From positions 1,492,492 through 1,556,491 of the forward strand of contig CAJINV010000012.1 in the NCBI GenBank assembly GCA_905178155.1: a DNA stretch of 64,000 nt. The letters are read 5' to 3'. Of this stretch, positions 58,101 to 64,000 are shown in pieces (within the stretch, counting starts at the first letter, position 1; each line of letters begins with the position of its first letter). The notes below the pieces were generated by a model. It saw only the letters and a list, made by a program, of their open reading frames with translations, searched no databases and had not been told where the DNA came from. The translations under genes were made by a program, and so were the position numbers. Source of the DNA: Amoebophrya sp. A120 (lineage: Eukaryota > Protista > Dinoflagellata).

Positions 58101-60429
58101 AAATTTACTTTATTGCTGCATATTCCGTTTGATTCTACTGATTCAAGCAATAAAGCCCATTTCTACTTGTATTTGTCGTGTTGTTGCGAAAGAAGTAAGT
58201 TCAACACTGACTAGGCAACGCAGTGAGTTGTGGTTGGTTCTAGGATCGTCCTTGCACATGTGGTGAAACATTATTCTTTCGGCGTGATCTAGTACTTCAA
58301 GTGACAAAACACAAGCAGTATCCTGAGTAAAAACGTCCCCAGCCCAGAGTTGTCATGCATGTTTCCAGTCACAGGAAGATTTGCAATGCGCATCCCCATG
58401 AGAGGCATTTCCAGTCGCGCTTTGGACTTTTTGATGCTCTAAACAGGATGAGTGTGAGTCCATGGATTTGTGTTGCGGCTGTACTTGCTAATAAACTTCA
58501 CTACAATACAGAGACGAATTTGTCATGCTTGACTCCCAACACTTCTCGACTTGTGTTGCGAGATCCCCATCTTGACTCTGGGGTGGGGACGTTTTTACAT
58601 AGGATAAACAGGTATGTCCGTCAAGGCGGCGTACAAAGCTCTTGGCCTCACAGGCTTCATCCCGTGCGTATCAAATGTAAAAATGTCTGGGTCTGGAAGA
58701 TTCTGACACTTGTCTGTCATGCACGTTTTGCATGAGCCATGATGTCTGTGATGCATACCCTAGCGATACAGATTAAGATTTTTTGAGGGCTTCTTGATGC
58801 CTATTGTGCATGAGAAATGTCTTCTCAGCGTAGCAAAAATCGCATTCCCTTTGCTACTCATGCAATACTAATTTTTTTGGAATCTAAATGTAGCATCACA
58901 AGTTGCATTCTTCCAGACCCAGACACTTTTACATTCGATAGTGCGGCGGGAAGACGGGTATGAATAGCAAGTATGTAGTCCCTGGGTCTGGAAAGCTGTC
59001 ATGCTGACACTCGCATACGGATATAACGGCAGTATGGCAAAACAGCATGACACATTTCTCGAAGCCTATTGCAGATTCATTCGTAAAAGGAAAACGCATG
59101 ACAACCATGTGTCCTCCAGGGCGACAAAAAAAATGGCGCTGTGCATGCATACATCGTAGATCTCCTTGTGATCGGCCTTCAACTTTCGCATCACAAATTC
59201 CGACCCAGGCATGCGTGCATATGCATAACGGAGAAGGGCCAGCAACTTCTGAAGAAGGCGCACGAGTTCTATGACCGGGCAAAGAAGATGCAGGAAGGGA
59301 TATCCTGAGTAAAAACGTCCCCACCTCCCAAGAGTTCTTGTCATGCAGATTTGCAATTACGAGAAAACTTGTAATGCGCATCACCATGAGACCCATTTCC
59401 AGTCGTGTTTCGGACGAATTTGTAGTGCTGTAAACAGGGCAAGGAGATGGCGTAGGCTTCGTGATCCGGCTTTCCTTGCTCACCTGTACTACAAATCAGA
59501 GCCAAACTTGTTATGCGCGACGCGGCGCAAAACTTCTGGATTTGTGTTGCAGATTTCCCAACTTGACTCCGAATTTGACTATGGAAAGGGGACGTTTTTA
59601 CTCAGGATATGGGAATCTGAAGAAGCTCCAGGAGCAGAAAAACCAGGCTGCGAAGGCGATGGCGGAGCGGAAGGCAGCCGCGAAGGCGGTGAAGGACGCG
59701 ACTGCAATTAACGCAGCCGCGATCAACCAGCAGGCCGTGGCCGCGCTCGTGAACGGATTGGCCGGCGGCTCGGCCGGACAGGCGGTTTTGGCAGCGTTGC
59801 TAAGCGGGAACGTAAACAACCTGAACATGGGGCAATCGCAGATGATCTCGAACACCGGACTGAACCAAAACCTGCAGCAGCAAGCCGCGGCTGCTCCGGG
59901 TGCTGCGGCGGTCGGGAACAACAGTGCTAGCAGTGTCATCAACGTGTCGGCTGCGGGACTGGGTGCGCCGGCTGCGTTATCGAAAGGAAAAATCTCCCCT
60001 CCCCATATCAAAACGAAATTTCTGATGCTGGATTTGCGTAGATAAATCCGATTTGTCTTGCAGTAAGGCACTGCAGCCAGATCCTCGGCCTAGGTAGAGG
60101 CGTTGGGTCTAGTTGCTGAGCATTACAAACGGCTGCCCTCTAGTTGCAACAGCGTGCCAAATCGCTTCCATAATGGCGCGGGAGCCTCTGCACTTGTCTG
60201 CTTGCAAGACAGACGTGATTTGTGGCCTCAAATCAGCAACGCAAATTTTCGGGAGCGTACTCTTTCGATATGGGGAGGGGGAGTTTGTTTTTCCTTTCAA
60301 TATGCGTCTGGACTCTCGTCCTCTGCTGCTGCCTCCTCGTCGAAAGCGGGTGCCGCGTCTGGGGGCGGTGGTGGGTCTGGAATTGTGGCGGGTCAAGGCC
60401 CGGCGGTTGCTGTTGTAGGGGCGGTGTAG
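55122..60429 (+). CDS. DVNP (dinoflagellate/viral nucleoprotein)-domain protein with long N- and C-terminal low-complexity extensions
   Basis: Reconstructed core: KKALWKKKIKQTTGGVWQDQLSTNKRGKVVFTKKSNQMKSDPRGQRIAMWGMSVKAAYKALGLTGFIPCGGKTEKGQQLLKKAHEFY, matching DVNP motifs (T.GG....L..NK.GK.V; W...V..A.KALG..GF...GGK...GQ.L.KKA...Y). 10 introners, 3 GT-AG introns. Confidence 0.88.
55411..55675. mobile_element. Introner family A
   Basis: Family A TIRs; DR AGGTG. Confidence 0.93.
56032..56341. mobile_element. Introner family D
   Basis: TATTGTGAGGAAAAATCCCCCCTCCCCATA...TATGGGGAGGGGGGATTTTTCATTTTGATA; DR GTCCG. Confidence 0.92.
56389..57242. mobile_element. Introner family D containing a nested MITE
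   Basis: Family D TIRs; DR AAAGA; 513-bp insert. Confidence 0.9.
56433..56945. mobile_element. Palindromic MITE, copy 1 (nested in introner)
   Basis: ~80-bp TIR CAGGGTAACAAGGAACTTA.ACGTGACCGGGGGGGTCACGTCCGTCCG...; near-identical second copy at 61828. Confidence 0.92.
57296..57625. mobile_element. Introner family D
   Basis: Family D TIRs; DR GACCA. Confidence 0.9.
57918..58065. mobile_element. Introner family C
   Basis: Family C TIRs, opposite orientation to the 32201 copy; DR GCGGA. Confidence 0.9.
58319..58606. mobile_element. Introner family B inserted at the 3' splice site of GT-AG intron 58090-58611
   Basis: Family B TIRs; DR AGCAG/AACAG duplicates the CAG acceptor. Confidence 0.88.
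58669..58940. mobile_element. Introner family A
   Basis: Family A TIRs; DR GTGCG. Confidence 0.92.
58959..59227. mobile_element. Introner family A (diverged)
   Basis: TATGAATAGC...CCTGGGTC...GACCCAGG...GCATATGCATA; DR ACGGG/ACGGA. Confidence 0.82.
59301..59609. mobile_element. Introner family B
   Basis: Perfect TIR TATCCTGAGTAAAAACGTCCCC; DR AGGGA/TGGGA. Confidence 0.92.
59978..60302. mobile_element. Introner family D
   Basis: Family D TIRs; DR TGCGT. Confidence 0.9.
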
Positions 60430-61827
60430 ATGATTGCAATTTGACGTCCGTTTTGAACTTGAAAATAAAGAAGCTATGTATAATTCCTACCTCTGACACG
60501 GAACTTGAAAATAAACAAGCTCTCTGATTTCGACTGACGGAAAAATAATAGAACAGGATCTAGCAAAAGGTCCTTGCTTTGTATTAGTGTGACCGAAAAA
60601 TGGCCACACGGCCGAAATATCCTACCTATTCTTCTGAGAAAGTGTAGCCAGCGCCTGCGTGGTGCGATTTGGTACAGCGAGCTAGTTTTGAATGAACCGA
60701 CATGATGACTCGGATTTTCGTATTGGAATAAAATGAACTGCATTTCTACACTTGTCTATAGTAAACGAGAATAACGCGCTTCACCTTTATCTTGATATCG
60801 TATTTATTTCCTCTTGTCTTCTTTTCTGTTGTGAGCTAAATTTAAATTTTTGACGAAGGTTTTGGTTCTGCTATCCATCACTGAAATGAACTTTGTTTCT
60901 CGCAACTCTGTTCGACGTACTTGTTTTTACGAACTCCTTTTGTAGTAGGGAAATTCCCACTCAGACTCAGGTTGAGTTTCAGTTTCAAAAAAAAGAAACA
61001 TGGTCCAAACGCTTCCTCATGCCAGTCAGATATTTTATAGAAGAACTTTTATACTTTAACTTTTAGTAGAGCTATGTCGACCTCTAGTAGCGGAGGACAG
61101 GGACGATCCCTTCGCGTAATTGTCCGCGGAACTGCTCGTGCGAAACGTGATTCGATGCACTCGAGATCGTCAATTGCATTCTTGTGCAATTCTTGTGCGA
61201 AGGTCGTCGTGTTGTAAGAAGTCCTGTCGTGCGTACAGTCTGAGTGCGCTATTTCATTGCCTCCACGACGTGATCTTTTTCTACGCCCGGTCGTTATACT
61301 AGTACCAGGAGCCATTCGCATTCTCGGTCGTGTAGAAGAAGACGGCTTATACTTCCATCATCGGTAAAATGACATTGACGCCCTTACCATCGGTGTTGCG
61401 AATCCAGAATCTATCAGAGGCCAGCACAATCGGTATGGTTTGAAGATGGGCAATAAAATGCTCGTCTTCGACGATCTCGTGACCTTCTGTGGCCAAGATC
61501 GGCACCCAGCGTACGTAATGTCGTTTGTCGTCAGACTAGAACTATACTAAGCACCGCTGTCGGTAGTTGAGACGCTACAGCTACTTACTATCGGTGTGGA
61601 GGAGTCCGAGTTTAAGTACTCTGTTTGTGATAAAAGTGATTCGGTACCAATACCATCGTGTGGAGGATTCTTTTGCACCTGGGGGTTTAGTTCGTTTTTT
61701 TTGCTCGCAGATGAAATTATATCGCAAACATACCACAAGTTGAAGTTGTAAAACAACAGGTCTCGTCGCTCTAGGTCTTTCGAGTCCTCTCCCTCAGTCC
61801 TTTTCCACACATACGTTTCTTAATATA

Positions 61828-62311
61828 GAACAGGGTCACAAGGAACTTCGACGTGACCGGGGGGGTCACGTCCGTCCGTCCGGCCGGACGGACGGCACGT
61901 GACCGGGGGTAGTCCGGCGTCGATGCGAGTTCGGCGCTGAATGCCGCCGCAACTGTGGCCTTCGGTAGCTAGAAGCCCCCGGCCGCGTCACCGACGGCGG
62001 ACCAGGGGCAAGAGTCGCGCCTTTTTCCGTGAAAGCCCGAACTCATGACCTTTTTTTTTTAGTTGGGCGCCCGAGCTAGCTGACAGCCCCCGGCCGTGTG
62101 ACCGGGGGCGGAGCGTGACGAAGAGAGGCAGTTCTTCAGTGAAGTGCCGAGCTCATGACCTTTTTTTTTTTTTTTAGTTGCCCGGGCGCGCGGTCCACAG
62201 CGGCCACCACCTCCTAGCGCCACGACCGACCCCCGGTCACGTGCCGTCCGTCCGGCCGGCCGGACGGACGTGACCCCCCCGGTCACGTCTAGGCTCCTTG
62301 TTACCTTGTTC
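61828..62311. mobile_element. Palindromic MITE, copy 2
   Basis: Same long TIR and interior as 56433-56945; flanked by TA on both sides. Confidence 0.92.
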
Positions 62312-62533
62312 TAAACTACATCTTGAAATTTAAAGACTTTCACTAAGGTAAAAACAGTAAGTACGGAAAAAATACGATACGTCGGAAGTTCAGTCTTCGT
62401 TTTACGAAGTTGTCGCGCAAGTTGGTCTTTGTGGAAAAATCGTTTGATCTGTAACGCATCAAGACCTCCGGTCTTTTCTTGAAGTCGGTAGTATCGCCAA
62501 ACCTGCAAAAACAAACCCCAAAAATGCGGACTG

Positions 62534-62788
62534 TATCAAATGCAAATATGTCTGGGCGGTCTGGAAACTTGTGATGCTGGCTTGGGAATGGCAATGGTGG
62601 ACACACTGTAATACGCAGCCGAGCATGCCGAGTTCTTGAGCTGCTATGTGTTTCGAGTTCTGCATGGCAAACTGCGCTTTTGCATAACAGGCAAGAGATT
62701 CTCATCCCGCTCATCCATCACAGACTTGGGAGTCATGAGAGACAAGCATGACAAACTTCCACTCTTCCAGACCTATTTGCAATGCATA
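62534..62788. mobile_element. Introner family A (host gene unclear, possibly minus strand)
   Basis: Family A TIRs; DR GACTG/GGCTG. Confidence 0.88.
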
Positions 62789-64000
62789 GGCTGCTTGTTC
62801 CAGTTCCACCAAGCTGAAGAAGTTTCTCCTTCTGTGGTTCTACGTGCCTACCCAGTGCAAACTACTTGCTACGTTTTTCATGGTCCTTGGACAGCACGAC
62901 TGTGCGCCAAAATCTTTGTCATGTATGTCTATGCAGCTTTTCGCACGAATGGATACAGAGCAGACACATGCGAAAAGAAAACGCTGAATTTGAGGGACAG
63001 GAGATCATCATCAGCACGGGCGACAGGGTTATTTCCTAGTCCTGGTCCTGCCACATGGCTTTGGGCAATAAATTCTCCGGAGTCGTGTATCGCTCCGGTG
63101 TTCTTGCCAGCATTCTTCTCGGAGTGTTGGCCCGCATTCTTCTCATCTGCAAGGGACTTTGAAGCATGACGTAGTTTGCACTGCATACCGGCGCTGGTGG
63201 CGCTTGAGTTTACCATGTGGTCGAACATCGGGACTTTTTGTCACTATGAAGACGCAACCCGTCTTCAACTTCGTCCCCACTTCTGACGAAGCGTCTTTCT
63301 CAGAGTAATGATAAAAACACTCAGCATGTTGGCAATGAATGACCGAGAATCTATCGTGAACAAGCGCTTATTTGTATTTCTGCATGACAGTAGATGTACA
63401 AGGGGCGCTCACCCCAGTTCGCAGTCTTTCAACATGGCAGATTCGCGTGTCGTCTTTTGGTGCAGGAGAAATAAAGAATCTCATCGTGGGGACAATTTTG
63501 CACCCAATACCTTCGGCCACAAGCTGCTCCTGAAGAAGAAGAACAAGGAAAACGTTGCCACGGAGAAGAAGCTTCCTCTACTTTCCGGGAAGAAAATGCA
63601 GCTTGCTGCTTTATCGGAAGGAAAAGTAAGTCGCCGCGAGCTACTTCCTCGACACTCAAAGAAACTCCTATTTCAGTATTTGTTTTACGCGACAGCTACC
63701 ACATGTAACCCAATAAATGTATGTGGGTCGCAATGTATTTTGTAAACTTCTAACAACTGATGATGTCGCTGCAGGGACGGGGACGAAGAATGAACAAGAA
63801 CGCAGGGCGATATAATATTGAGGACGGCCGAGCAAGGCCCAACGCGGATCAGCATCATATTCAAATCTATCGTATCATCACTTGGAATCTTGCGGCCACT
63901 GAGCGATGGTGTAGTTAGTTGCATACATTTATATCTTCAGCATTCTCGATGGGCTTTTAGTGATTTTATTCTTGCGCCTGCTGTCGGCTTGAGTTCGCTT

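Noticed and set aside
1241-62788. Repeated small peptides in the ORF track ([28 protein letters not shown]) as a protein family
   Set aside because: They are six-frame translations of the family A TIR, not coding sequence
1241-62788. Introners as Tc1/mariner MITEs with a TA TSD
   Set aside because: A copy-specific 5-bp repeat lies outside the TA on both sides, and frames are restored only if both TA termini are removed with the element
1-64000. tRNA, rRNA or dinoflagellate spliced-leader sequence
   Set aside because: No convincing match seen by eye; a covariance-model scan would be needed to exclude them

Overview
Eukaryotic, gene-dense nuclear DNA, almost certainly from a dinoflagellate. 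It encodes a DVNP-domain protein, and the non-canonical inverted-repeat/direct-repeat introns match those reported for the parasite Amoebophrya (Syndiniales). Recognisable + strand genes: exostosin/GT47 glycosyltransferase, cyclophilin-RRM (PPIL4/CYP59), rhomboid protease, 14-3-3, an extended DVNP and a possible divergent mitochondrial bL34; several hypothetical genes are also present. The dominant feature is 44 short TAT...ATA-bounded terminal-inverted-repeat elements in 6 TIR types, each flanked by a 5-bp direct repeat. They sit mostly in coding exons, in either orientation, without GT-AG. Removing element plus one repeat restores the conserved proteins. A GCATNACA/TGTNATGC motif recurs in all these families and in the ordinary GT-AG introns. 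Other mobile DNA: two 5'-truncated non-LTR retrotransposons (one nested in an introner), a 9-bp-TSD element that would form an in-frame GT-AG intron, two copies of a palindromic MITE (one nested in an introner) and a TIR element carrying a 39-bp palindromic tandem array (not CRISPR). All coordinates were read by eye and all splicing is inferred without RNA data.
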